This document shows, piece after piece, positions 1 through 44,218 of a stretch of DNA of 64,000 nucleotides. The notes beneath the pieces were generated by a model that ran no database searches, was not told where the DNA came from, and saw only the letters and a program-made list of their open reading frames with translations. The position numbers and the translations under genes were made by a program. The stretch's first letter is position 1, and each line of letters opens with the position of its first letter. The stretch is from the human T2T-CHM13v2.0 reference genome, Homo sapiens, in NCBI RefSeq assembly GCF_009914755.1, contig NC_060936.1, one strand, 5' to 3'.

Positions 1-122
1 CTGCAGTCTGTTTCTGCTGTACCTCCTCAATTCTGGACTGTGCTCTTCTAGGGAGACTAGATGTATGCACCACCCAGAAACTGCCAGTAGAGAGCACCCT
101 ACAGGCATGACTTGGCAGCTAG

Positions 123-7201
<7,079 letters not shown>

Positions 7202-7680
7202 CCCAATGAGCTGTTCTCTGCCTCGGGTCTGTGTGAGGCCATGGCTCCTGGGCCACCCTCACCGTCTGCCTCAGACTTCTTCCTTAGTCTGGTCTGTGTC
7301 CACTTTTTCTAAAGTAACCCCACCCCCAGCACACCATTGTTGGCACCTCTCAAGGTTGCTCTTGGTGTTCAAGGGTCCCCTACTCCCTGGACTAGTGCAG
7401 TCCTTGCCCTCAGCCCCAGACCAGAGATGGGTGGTATATGCCATGTGGGGTGGGTGATGCCAGTAGATAAAAGTGTGAGAGAAGGGGTCTCCAGGGAAGA
7501 GTCACAGGCTGTTGGACGCAGCCTGGGTGGCAGAGGGCAGGGTCATCACCCTCTAGCATCAGTGCCTGCTCCTGCCTGCCCTGGCCCTGAGGCTCCACCA
7601 CTTCTTCCTCCACCCAGGACCTAATGTACGTGTGTTTTGTTTTTTGTTTTTTAAATAACAATATTTATAACATGGCCAGT
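7202..7680 (+). other. PRPF40B: PRPF40B 3' UTR (end approximate)
   Basis: Follows the stop codon; TGTA at 7625-7628, U-rich tract and AT-rich element at 7650-7670 suggest the 3' end. Confidence 0.6.
7625..7672. terminator. Non-canonical poly(A) region, possibly used on both strands
   Basis: Self-complementary TTTAAA at 7650-7655; TATAAA on - strand at 7664-7669; upstream TGTA and T-rich tract on + strand; no AATAAA. Confidence 0.45.
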
Positions 7681-8113
7681 GACTCTTTTCCATGTGCTAC
7701 TGGGGCAGGCTGGGGACTGGACACATGCCCAGCAGAGGGCACTAGTGTCTCATGGCAGGCCTGCTTCCCTTTGTGTGGCTAGAGCCCACCTAGCCGGTTC
7801 TCCTTTCCCCAGAGTTCTGATCTCATCTCCTCCAAAACAGATGCAGTGCCCCAAAGATTTCTTTTCTATCCCCATAGCCCAGGTCAGACTAAATGGCCAC
7901 CCTAGCCCCCTAAGCTCAGAAAGAGGAGACAAAGTCAGGCCTGGTGCATCAAGCCTTTGTTGAGAGGGGGAGAGTCTGAGGTTTATGTACAGTAAGAGGA
8001 AAGGGAGGTGGTACATGTACAAAAAAGTGGGCCCCCACATTCCCTTCCAGGGGCAGAGGAGAAACGGGAAGGTAAGCAAATAGCCAAGACCACCATGCTC
8101 CTTGTCCCCTGCC

Positions 8114-8138
8114 AAAAAAAAAAAAAAAAAAAAAAAAA
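8114..8138. repeat. A25 homopolymer (U25 in FMNL3 3' UTR)
   Basis: Direct read. Confidence 0.95.
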
Positions 8139-8823
8139 CCGTAGCTGAGGAAAGAAGGTGAAGAGTTGGCACACCCTTTCTCCAGCCATCTGCAGAGAGT
8201 GGTTGGTGCAGAGAAGACCTCTGCTCTTCTGCCCACCTTGACAAGGACAGTGTGAGCCTAGAATGAAATGGGCAGAGAAATAAGGGCAGTGAGCCTGACA
8301 TCTCTCCTCTTACCCTTATCACTAGGGCACAGCTGGCACGGCCCATGCTTCAGAGGGCCTTGCTCCTGGTAAGAGATGAACTGAGACTGGCAGGGTCCCA
8401 GGGCTCCCTAAGCCTAGATACATCTAGACCAGAGCTGACCATGGGCCTGCAAAAAGGAAGGGAAAAAAAAAGAAAGAACAGTTGCTCTCTCCTCTCATCC
8501 CTCTGGGCTCTAGTGGGAGAGATCTATGTGCCCTGTTTAGGCTAAGGCTGGAAATGGTTTTTCCTAGCCCTGAGCTGACCCTTGGTGACCCTTCAGGAAA
8601 TGAAGTCAAAGACCTTGGGGGCAAAGTGCAGTACTGGAAGCACCAGGGACCTACAGACCTAGTGCCCATAGTGGCACAAGTAGAAAGATCCAGCCTCAAG
8701 AGCTGGGGCGGACATGGTTGAGAGAGCAACACAGCCCTCTCCTGAGCCCTTGGCCAATTCCAGGTCCACTGGTTGGACTTGTAGGACTCTGAGGGGTGAA
8801 GTGCTTCTGCCTCCGAGAGGGTC

Positions 8824-31566
<22,743 letters not shown>

Positions 31567-32561
31567 CTGAGGAGAGAACCTGAGTCAACAAGGCTGAAAC
31601 CTCCCCTCATCTGGAAAAGAGAAAGACTAGACTGCCCACACCTTTCTGCTACTGGGCCCTCAGACTTCACCCTGACACTCCATCGCTGATAAGGCAGGCT
31701 TGGAAAGGTAGAACAGTCCTCCAGCCTCCCCTTCATGTTTGGTTGAGCAATGTTTTCCAAACCACTGGTAGTAGAATCAATTTAATCAGTCAAAATTAAC
31801 TCTATTTTAAATGAAAACGAGCTGATTAAAATAGGATAGAAGATACCAGAATTCGGAAGTATAAATAATGTTTTGTGAAGCTTTAGTTTCTTTTCTATTT
31901 TATGTATATAAACAAATATGTCATATACATACATCATACCATAAAATGTGACGGGAACATGAGATGGGTCAAAAAATTTGAAAACCCACCAGGTTAAAGC
32001 AGCAATTTTTTTCAGTTTGCTTTTCCCCCATAACCTGAGAGATGGGCAACTTGCCTACAACATCCATTCCCATGGGCAAATCCTGAGCCACCCACAACCT
32101 ATGTAGATGCTATAACTGTGACCCTCTTGCCCATATCAGCACACAAGTGAATGAGAAGAACATTAGCATGAAGATAACTGCTTAAATTTTTTTGGAAAAG
32201 AATTTTTAGGCAAAAATTCACAAAAGTACCAGACTTTAATTGTTAGTAGCAAATTTCTTATGAAACACCTCCCAATTAATTAAGACACAGCAAAGCACCC
32301 TAACCCCTTGGCAAGCCACTCTAATACAGGCTATTTGAAGGACAGACCAGGAATCATTTTATCTTGTTCACCACTGTTTGGTGACTGAATAAGGTACGAG
32401 AGAATGAGTGAGTGAAGCCTAAGGACTTCATCCATGGACTAGCCCTACCCATGCTAGGAGGCTACGTTCCCTACCTTTATCCCCATTCAGTCAAACCTTT
32501 CTTCTCATCAGTCTGGCTGTCTTTGTTCCAGGTCACAGCCCTTACCTCTAAAGGCAGTCTG

Positions 32562-32908
32562 GGCCAGATGCAGTAGCTCACACCTGTAATCCCAGCACTT
32601 TGGGAGGCCGAGGTGGGCGGATCACTTGAGGCCAGGTGTTCAAGACCAACCTGGCCAACATTGCAAAATCCCATCTCTACCAAAAATACAAAAATTAGAT
32701 GGGTGCAGTAGCGCACACCTGTAATCCCAGCTACTCAGGTTGCCAAGGCACAAGAATTGCTTGAACCTGGGAGGTGGAGGTTGCAGTGAGCCAAGATCAC
32801 GCCACTGCACTCCAGCCTGGGCAACAGAGAAAGATTCTATCTCAACAAAACAAAACAAAACAAAACAAAACAAAACAAAACAAAACAAAACACACAAACA
32901 AAAAAGAA
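32562..32908 (+). mobile_element. Alu with (CAAAA)n tail
   Basis: TSD taaaggcagtctg on both sides; microsatellite tail ~32843-32891. Confidence 0.95.
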
Positions 32909-34479
32909 TAAAGGCAGTCTGACACTTTAATCAGACCACTGTACCTGCTCCCTCGTAATCTTGAATCAAATATGATCGCCTACCCAAAGTGTCGCAGCTG
33001 CGTGATCACCCATGTGACTTCCCACAAATTCAGCTTCTTCTTAAGCATAGTGCCAGCCACCTAGAAGGCTGCCTCTCATCTTTCTCTCCTTTAACTACTG
33101 TCCAGGTTCAGCTCTAACTCCCTGGTAACCCAAGCATGACCACTTCATTTACCTCTGCCCAATTCTTGGCATCCTCATCCCTGGGGACATGAACTGTGTG
33201 CATCCAGGGTCCCTGAGGAGTCACATAGGCCCTGCATTATTCCAGAAGAGGCAAACAAATCCTAGAAGGAGGTCCTCTAACTTTCGATGGAACCAAAAGA
33301 AAATCCCAAACATTTATTCTGTCATATTATCTATTTATTATAAACATAACTCAGATATACTCCTAAACCAGCTGTATACTCATCTAGCCCCTAAAGTGCT
33401 GTGTCTATTTTCACCATCTCCAGCTCCCAATATGCATCTAGTGGGGGCAGTAAGGTGATAATAAACTTATGTGGAAGAGGTCCCAGGTCTGAGCTACAAG
33501 CCCAGCTACTGGCTGGAAACGAGGTCACTATAGCTCAAAAAGGAAGTAGGGTTGAAGTCTTCAGTTGGAATTTATACATGGAAGAATTTAGGACCAAAGA
33601 AGTGGGGCAGGTGAGAGAAACAAAGAAGGGGAAGAAAGCCCCACATCATACCTCTCCCCATGGTTCCTGCTGCACTATGCATCTGCCTGAACTTCCACAG
33701 GAAAGTGAGGCTGAGTCCTCCTCACAGTCTATGTAGGATGGATGGCAAGATGGTCAAACACAAGCCTGGAATGTTCTCTCTGAAACTACTTTGTTAAGGC
33801 CAATCTCAGCATACCCGTGTGGACAGCAGGACAGGAGCAAGAGGCCTCAACAAAACAAGGACTCAAGGTCAACCCAGAGTAGATCTCCTAACTCAGCCTA
33901 ACTGTGGCCAGGCTGCTGCCAGATGAACTCAAGACAGAACTGAGCAGAAATAGTCCTCAGGACTGGCCCTGGCTCTGTGCATATCCTAAACACATCGCTG
34001 CCATCTGACCATTTCTCCTAAGTCTGTGCCATGAAAATAGTTTTCTGTTGTCTCCCCTGGAAGAAAGCTGCTGGAATGGAGGAGGGGGCAGCCTGTCACT
34101 GCTGTGGCAGACATCACATCCTGTCTATGCCAACTTCCTCCCTCAGCCACCCACTGTCAGCGGCTGTGGCTCATACTTCTCCACCAGGTGAACTGATGAG
34201 GAAACACTTGGTCCCCTCGGTTTGAAAAACTGGGCAAAGTCACCCCCTTGGGGAGTCCTGGCCTAAGAGCATGGAAGAGGCACAGCAGGGACCTGGTCAA
34301 ACTCTAGATCCCCAGGAAGGAATGATCCCAAAGTATGGAAACGGGTGGTAGAGGCATGAAGTAGGTCTGACCATAGCCATATCCTCCTGTCTTGAGCTTT
34401 GGGTGGCACTTTCTTGACAGTGGTCTCAGACTTCTCTGCTTCTTCTGGGCTGAAGTGTGATAGGGAAGGAGGTGGGTAA

Positions 34480-34491
34480 GGGGAATTCCCC
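34480..34491. promoter_or_regulatory. Perfect palindromic NF-kB site GGGGAATTCCCC
   Basis: Motif match only. Confidence 0.4.
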
Positions 34492-36744
34492 CAAGCTCCA
34501 GCATTCTCAGAAGAAACGGGTCACTGGCTGCCAGTGGGAGCCACCTGCCAAGGGGGCATAAACCAGAGCCTGGCCTGGACAGTTCTCTTCCTGCTAGACA
34601 AGGGCATCAGGGCTTTTGCCTCTACCTGATAATGTGTGTGAGTCTGGCAGGGCTCCAATGTCCTAAGGAAGCCTCTCTGCCCTTAGGAATGACAACTTCC
34701 TGAGTTCCGGGGACAGCAAAGTAGCAAATTTGACACAGTTCCGGTCTCAGTCAAAAGTTTGTTTCCTTGACATTTTTTCTTCAGTGGTTCCACAGACACT
34801 GTAGGCTCCCAGAAGGCAGAAGCTGAGCTAAGTTCTTGCTAACTCCTCATTGAGACCCTTGCTGAGCAGAAAGGAGGCAGTGGCTGTCTTGGAAAGGAGA
34901 GGGCACTAAATGTGGGTGAAGTCAGAGGGCCCAAGATCAACTTTGGGCTCTTCAGAGTTATGGAGCCTTGGTGAACGCATCCATAAACGAGATAATCTCA
35001 CTACTTCACAGGGTTTTAGCTGAGGATTAAAAGATAAATATTTTATGTCTGTATGTGTCTGGAACACTGTGGGTGTTCAACACAGTCCCCCTCACCGCCT
35101 GCTTCCTCCCGAAAATCTTGTGTCATGTTCTGATGTCCGAGGGACCTGCCCTCTTGCTTCTAGGCTGTCTCTCTCTCTCTGCCTCCATCCCACCTTCAGC
35201 AATTGCTTCGCAACACTCTGACTACAGAGCAATCCATTATCCCTTCACTGATCCTGCTCTGGCTTCCTCTAAGACTAGGCGCCAATTTTGGTATCATTAT
35301 CTTGAGGGGTGGGGGACATGGCAGGAGACTCCAAGGAAGAAGTAAGGGAGGTAAGTCACAGCCAAAACAGTCACAATAGGAGATGTGAGGAAAAGGGGAA
35401 GATGAACTCAAACTGAAAGCAACTCTGGGACCGATTCCTAAATCACAGGGAACCAGCAAAACATCTAATAATAAAAATCTATAATGGGAAGAAGCCGAAA
35501 GGCATGGAGCTGGTGCTTCTCCAGCAAGGCTGCTCTGTTTGCCAGTTTGAGGCCAGGCAAATCTCCCTGCACAATGGGGTGCATGTGAGCAAGGCCTGGT
35601 CCCTCCAGCAAGGTTTCCTAACTCTCCACCTGACCCCTGACAGCCCCAGTCAAGCCAAGGAGGGAGGCAGCTCTGGTGGCAGAGGTTCCCTTCCCTTTCC
35701 CACTCTGCACCCCCAGCCCAGTGAGCCCCTCCTCATTTCCTTCCCACTGCAGGGGAAGGGAAATGCCGGTAGGGTTTGGAGTTTCCTTCAAAGCTGTGAG
35801 CTCTGCTCTGGGACTTGCCCCTACTCTGACAGTCTTCTTGAGCCAGGCCTGGGGAAAACCCAAAAAACAGAAATAGGAACCACCAAAAATTCCCAACTGT
35901 TTTTGTTGGTCCCTATCATGATAAATCTTAGGAACAGAGACCAAAATGGCATAGCTTCGAGAGACAGGGAGAGAGACGTTTGTAATGTTCCTGGGAAAGA
36001 AACTGGAGGCTTTAGGGAAGCTCCAGCAGGGGCTGTTTGTTTTGAGCAAATACAGAAAGTGAGAGGTAGTTTTATTAATGTTTTCCCTCTTGAACCACCT
36101 CCCACCAGGTTTCCTATGGCTGTCTTCTCCCAAGTGTGGTAGCCTCAGCCCCCACACTCAGCCCATGGGGACAGGGAGTCCTGAGAAACTGAATCTAGAA
36201 CTGCCCCACAGATTAAATGAGTGCTGTCCTGGGCACCACACACTTCTCAACGTGCTGCTGAGCCCCTGACCGCAGGTCCAAGTCCTCCGTGGCATCCACA
36301 GATCAGCTCATTGAGCAGATGAGCAAAGATGGAAAGTGGCAAGTGGACACAAAATTTGGGAGTCCAGAAGACTGCTGAAGGAGGAGCTGTAACACAGTGT
36401 TCCCACCCCATGTTCCCATGTTCCCACTAGGATTCCCCTCACAAACCAACAGATCTGCCCCAAGCCAGTGGCAAAGCAGGCAACACAAGGCACAAAGGCC
36501 CATTACTAGCTGCCAAAAGGACAGAGTGTAAGGAACGGCCTCCACATGTCTCTACTGGTGGGCAGTAGGCACAGCTGTGGCCAGTTGGGCCCTGCTCCCA
36601 AAGGGCAAGAGCCCAAGGAGGTGGGAGGTACCAGCTCCTGCTGCCTTGGCCCCTTGGCGGCCACAGCCAGTCCTGCCGCAGTAGCAGCTCCTAGACAATG
36701 AGAGTTATTTTCAGCCAGCACTTTAACACAAGCCAGCTGGCCAG

Positions 36745-36864
36745 TGAGCAGGGCGGGAGTCCTCCTCCACCCAGCCCGCCCAGACGGCAGGCCAGCCGGC
36801 CCAGCCCATTGCCTACACTGCTGCTGCCGCCGCCTCCACGTCACTGTTTGTTTATCTCATTGTT
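36745..36864. promoter_or_regulatory. Candidate intronic enhancer or alternative promoter
   Basis: GC boxes; CCACGTCA 36836-43; TGTTTGTTTA 36845-54; TTATCT 36852-57; CATTGTT 36858-64; locally CpG-enriched. Confidence 0.5.
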
Positions 36865-39139
36865 CCAGCACAGCTCCTTCTAACTCCCCTCAAAACTGCA
36901 ATCCTTTGTAAAAGGGAATCAAAAAAAATCAGAGAGTTTGATCAAAGGTCCAAGAGCTAAAATTTTAAAAGGTCCAGACATGGGAAGTACGGCAGCCCCT
37001 CCAAACACCCACACTTTTCCCCAGCCTTGTGACTGGCTGGGGTAGCACAGGGGAGGAAATGGAACAGATGGATGGTCAGATCTCACTGCAGCTCTCACAG
37101 ACCAAGGCCAAGCCTGGCTTCGCTGCCAACCTGGGGAGACAAAGCTCAAGACTGCTCTCCTTGCTTTGACTCCCTCCCATCCTCCTCTCCAGAGCTCGGG
37201 TTTGGAGAAGATAACTTGAAACAGACAGCCTGAAATGGGCTGAGTCAACTATGAAAGGTTCTGGGCAAAGATCTATATCCTGTGGCAGAAAGGAAATCAC
37301 AGAACAGTCAATAACACTTGGCCAGAAGGACAGGCAACCCCCTGCCCTGCCTCGATAGAGTAGGGGCAAACACTTCAGCTGTACCACCCCACCACCACAC
37401 CAAAGCACTCAAGAATATAAAGGATGAAAGGCAGCAGTTACCTCCCTGGACTCTAGGCCTCCAGCCCTGGTCCTGCCAAACTCTACAGCCTCCCCAGGGC
37501 AGCTCCCCATTACTACTCATCTCCTTCCTTATGTGACCCCACACACAGAAGCATGTGAGTACAAGTCTAGCTACACAGCTTTCTCTAGGCCCCAGCTGCC
37601 CTCTTAGACATCTGAACAAATTGCTTAGGTACCACATGACAAAAGGCATAAGAAAAATGGGTGCTCCTTAAGTGTCTGTAGTATCTTAGATCTGCCTTGC
37701 AGGTTTTGTTCAATTGAAGCTACCACTCTGGTGATGAGCTGCCAGGGAAAAGCCAGCTCTCACAGGCTCGGAACCATGTCTGGAGAACGTGCTTTTGTGG
37801 TCACTGAGGACTCTGTAACCAGAAATGACTTGCTGAGCAGTTACGGGCCAAGTCCCTGAGCAGCCTGGAAGAAAAAGAAATGGATTCACCAGATGTCTCT
37901 GGTTGAGCTCTGCAGTTCACACCAGGGAAGTCAGATGAAGGAGAGGTCCTAAAAGGCCAGCATCATTCAAACAAAGAGATGGCTTTTTCTAAATACAATT
38001 ATACCCCCGGGGCCTCTTCTTCATCCTAGAGAATTCCTCCACCGGATCCTGAGAAGGCAAAGGATATTGGCCATGTCCCCAAAGTTGGTAAAGCCTCAAA
38101 CTCTTTCCTCTGCCACACTGTTGGCCTCATACCTGACATGAGATAACCTCTGCAGGTAACCCTGAGGTCCCCAAACCCTGATTAAGGCCACCCTTTCTGG
38201 CCTGCCCAGTCAAAAAATATACAATCTCCGATAGGAGCTTCTGTCAGCGCTTCCCAACTGAGCACCCAGGCCCTAGTAAAAAGCTACTGCCACAGCAACT
38301 TGATCTGTCTATTGGCTCCTCGGCCCCTCCTCGTGGTTAGCCAGACCCACACACTCCCCAGTTACGCAGAATGGAAAGTATTCTGCTGGGGGCAGCTTAT
38401 TTTCCAAAGCCAAGGAGTCTTGGGGCAGAGCCTCGCATTCTCCCTGCAGCCAACCAACGACCTCCCTCTCTTCATGAGGTTCTGTCCTCCCACCTGGGGA
38501 GCCCAATGGGCAGTGCTACCTCTCAGAGGACACAATATTTCTGGGGTCACAACTCCCTTTCTCCTCATACCAACAGGCCCAGTGAGTCTCCCTCCCAAGG
38601 TCTCTCATCTATATTTGCCCTTCCATTCCCACTGTCATCACCTGGGTGGGCCGTTACTGTTCACTTGCCGCCCTCTGGGATAAGCTTCTAGCTGGCATCC
38701 CTACTTCCAATACTTTCCTCCCTGCCATCCTGCACATGAATGAAACTTTCAAACTTCCAAGCACATAAGATAAATCATGTTTCTCCTTGGTTCAGAAATC
38801 TTTTTTGACTCCTTATCATTTATATGAGAAAACCTGAGCTCCTTGGCCTATTGTTCTTAGCATCTTACAGTAAGAGCTTCTGAGGTAAGATTCTCTCCAG
38901 GCTGGCCCCAGCTTCTCTGACCAGCCTCATCCTCTCCCACTCTATGGAATCTCTCTCTCCTGGGACAGCCACTCTTCCCATTCCTTAACCCTAGGATTTG
39001 CTTGTGATTGATGTTTCCCCAATCTGCTGACTCCCTACCTACTACCTACTACCTGACTTAAAATCCAGTAGCTCTATGACTACCCAACCTAAAATAATCA
39101 GCCCCTCTCTTGAGCTCCAAGCATAATCACATTTAAAGA

Positions 39140-39520
39140 ATAAAATGGCAGAGACCTGCCTGTTATCCCCCAACCTCTTCTCCTCCTCCTCCTTAGTAGT
39201 GAACCTCCAACGCTGAGTTGGACACTTGACAGCCTAGAATTAATATGTTTGTCAGCTTCCCTTGCATTTAGGTATGGCTATGTGATCATGTGGGATGTAA
39301 ACAGAAGTCGTGTGCACAACTTCTGAGAAATGTCATTAAAGGGAGGGAATATAACCTTCTTTTCTCCTTTCTGCTTCTAGCTAGTTGGAATATAGACAGT
39401 GGACGAACCTTCAACAACTATTTTAGACCATGAAGTGACCTTGGAAATGAAATCCACATGGATGAAATAACAAGAGAGAAAATACCAGGACACTGATACC
39501 ATGGACCTTTAGCACAAATT
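39140..39520. mobile_element. MLT1-type (ERVL-MaLR) LTR fragment
   Basis: 'cagcttcccttgcatttaggtatggctatgtga...gaagtcgtgtg...acttct' resembles MLT1. Confidence 0.6.
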
Positions 39521-40339
39521 GAATGTTTCATAGTGGGTTTTTTTTTTTTTTTTTTTTTTTGCATATGCTTTCTCTATTCACAACTAGAAAGAACATAAAC
39601 TCCTTAAGGGTAGGGGCCGTCTTATCCTTCTTTGAATCATGTGCAGGTGCTTAATAAATAAGTGATTGATCCTGCTCCTACCACTCCTACCACCAAGTCC
39701 CTTATTTGGTCTCCTGGTTAACTGGGGAAAGGGAGGATCCTTTAACTTTTTACCACTGTCCTTACTATTTCTGAGTTCTCTTATCTATAATCTGTCTTAT
39801 GTCCTATAGCACAAATCACTTTATATATTGCTTTCCCCTCAGCAAACTCCTACTTTTCATTCTGAGTTTCAACTTCAGTTTATGCCATAATCTAAGCCAC
39901 TTCCCTGCTCTTCTCTTTAACCAGACTCATCTTCTTATAACCTGCTAGAACACAGGCTTCTGAGAACAGGAATCACCATCAGCTTGTTTAGCACTTTAAT
40001 AGGTGAGCAATAAAGATTGGGCAAATCGAATTTCTCCATTCGTATATTCCTTCTGTCCCTAAGTTTTCTACTCCATTGTACCCCAGAGAGATTACCTCCT
40101 TTCGAATTGCCAGCCATGCTCCTCCTCCAATTCACAACAGGTGAAATCTACCATCTCTAGCAAATCCTTCATAAATGACAGTAGTAACATCCACTCCCCT
40201 AACAGTGTCTCTGCACATTTACTAATTACTTTTAAATGTGTTCATGGAATTGTGACTTATGGTTAATGTTTCTTCACCTTTTCTTGGACAATCAATATAT
40301 ATGTTTATCATAAATCTCAGTGACCCTCCTAGAGGCACA

Positions 40340-40595
40340 CATACAATGTAGTGGTTAAAGCACTAACTGTGAAGCCACACTACCTGGGTTTGAATCCTAG
40401 CTCCACCACTTACTAGCTGTGTGGCTTTGGGAGAGTTATTTAATCTCTGCAAGCCTCAGTTTCCTCACCTGTAAAATGGAGGCAGGAATAATAGTACTTA
40501 CCCCATAGTGTTGCTATGATGATTAAATAAGTTAATATATGTAAAGCATTTAAATCAGAACCTATATAGTAAATATTACACATAATGCTACCTAT
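40340..40595 (+). mobile_element. MIR
   Basis: 'ctgggtttgaatcctagctccaccacttactagctgtgtg...cctcagtttcctcacctgtaaaatgg'. Confidence 0.88.
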
Positions 40596-40873
40596 GTTTT
40601 TTCAGTTTGGTTTTTTATTCAACATTTAGCTGGGAAACAACTCTATGTCAAGCACAAGCTAGAATTTGGCGATATCAAAATAAATAGGGTATGGTCACTA
40701 CATTCAGAAAGTTCATATCCTGAGGAAAGGTATACATGCAAATCAGGGGTCAGTATAGACAGCATTGCTGTGAAAGAGGCACATACACTACTGTGGGATC
40801 CCAAGGAGGTAACATCTAATTAGACTGTGGAGTCAAGTAAGGTGTAAGACTTCCTGAAAGAAATGTCACAGGA

Positions 40874-41778
<905 letters not shown>

Positions 41779-42069
41779 TTGAATTAGTCTTAAACATCAA
41801 GCGGGAAGGAATCAGGCAAAGGCAAGAGCAGAAGGGAAGATGGTGATATTCTAGGCAAGGAGACAGTATTTGCAAATACTGGCAACACAAAACACCATTA
41901 CAAATCCAGGAGTCTGTAAGTGATTTACTACAAAGGCATGAAAGTATGTATAAGGAAATTACAGCAGGCAGAAAAGTCGGGTGATAAAGGATATGATGAG
42001 CTAAGTAAGTAGGTGGCATAAGTAGGATAATAACAATAATAACACTACTAAAATGAAAACAGTAATAAT

Positions 42070-42310
42070 GAAAAAAGCTAACATTTATTGACAGAACTGC
42101 GATAAGCACTCTATATGAATTATCTCATCTAATTCTCAAAACAATGATATAAAGTCCTATGAAGTAGGGACTATCATTATCCCTATTTTACAAGCAAGGA
42201 AACGAAGGCTTGGAAAGGCCATGGAACTTGCCCCGCATCACAAAGCAAGCATACGGTGGATCTGGGATTTGAACCCAAGTCTGACCCCAAAGTCTAAGCT
42301 TTTAACTCCT
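42070..42310 (-). mobile_element. MIR
   Basis: 'aacatttattga...tatctcatctaattctca...ggatttgaacccaagtctg'. Confidence 0.8.
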
Positions 42311-42486
42311 CACAATGTCTCCTCTGAGACAATGAATCGTATTAGCCCTTCTTTGCACCTTTCCAAATTGTATGCATCCTTCAGGACCAATCAGTACCAT
42401 CTCAACCTTCCTCATGGAACCTCTCCCAAACAACCCAGATCTCTGTGCATTCCTTCCTCTGAATTTCTGTGGGTTTTCTGCCCTAA

Positions 42487-42834
<348 letters not shown>

Positions 42835-44218
42835 TGACATTCATGTCTTCTATGTACCATGCACTGCGCCAACTGGGGGACCTGTTTTGCCTTGCGATAA
42901 CTCTTGTATTTACAAACAAGGGGGAACCTGAAGCTTATAAACATCTACTCTGGGCCAGGATGATGCTAGACCCTTCAATTGCAAGATTTCATGGAAAAGT
43001 CACTTCTCTCTCATATTGTTATTCATTTTTCACATTTTATATTATTTCCTGAACTAGAATATAAGCTCCTTGAGGACTTTGCCTTGAATACACTTGTTCC
43101 TAGCAAGTATGCCTGGCACACAGAAAAAGCTTAATAGATAGATACTCTGGGCTGCCCAAAGAGACAGCAGAGGCCATTTTGGGGGGCAGCACCCAGTACA
43201 CTGGCCTAGGGCCCAGCTCTGGCTTTCCAGGAGTCTCATGACACATCTAAGAGCTTATTATAAAGCCATAAAACTTAATGAATCCCTTCCTACTTCCAGA
43301 CACATGTGGGAGGGCATGACCCCTGCTTTATAGAAAGATAAACTGAGGTCTGGCACAGGCACACATCTGTCACAAGTTGTATCAGCTAGGGAGAGGCTCT
43401 ACAAGTCCTGCCTTTCCTTGCTTTCAAATGGAGGTACATCCTCAGCGCCTCAGTGCTTCTATCCTCTTTTGGGAGGAATCATAATAACCTCAGTCTGCTC
43501 TAGATCCATGAGCTGTCCTCCCAATGTTGTCCCCTCTCACGCTTTGAAGGCTAGAACTTGACATAGAGGTCTAGGCTACCCACAGCCCAATGCTATTTTT
43601 GAGTTGTTCCAGCTTTTTTACATCTCGTTTGATTGTACAGCTAGGAAAAAACACCTCTTTAGACTTAACCTTTTGAGAGTTCCCTCCCCACGACCCAAAT
43701 CTTCTCTGCTTCTTGAAATGTCTGATGTCCTAAGTGTTATATTCACTCAAGAACACGGATGAAAAACATTACTACTCATCTTTTATATGCCAGGCACTTT
43801 TCTCACATTCTCTCACTTACTATTCTCAATAACCACTGAGGGAATTAAGAATCTGAGACCAACTGGCTCAAGGTTACACAGAAAGTAGCAGGACCCAAAT
43901 TCAAACCCAGACGTGTGGCCTCCAACATACAAGGTTTTCTACCATGTTCGCCCATCTCCTTACAAAGAAAACAAATCTCTTTTTCTAACTTGAGAAGGTC
44001 CAACTTGATTTATCTGACTGGCTTTGGTTGATCATTACACAATGCTTCCCTATTCTGCACAACTGAGTGAAACCAGCTGAACCAAGTATGAGTATGTGTG
44101 CTGAACATCTGAAGTTCAAGGCTTCACAGAGTAAGAGAGAGACTGTGCACAGTACAGATGCAAGGAAACTTGTCCTCTTGGACACAACCTAGTGACAAAT
44201 TCTTACATCTGAGTAGCA

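Noticed and set aside
7750-8346. 198-aa ORF in the FMNL3 3' UTR
   Set aside because: Its poly-Phe comes from the A25 run; no coding signature
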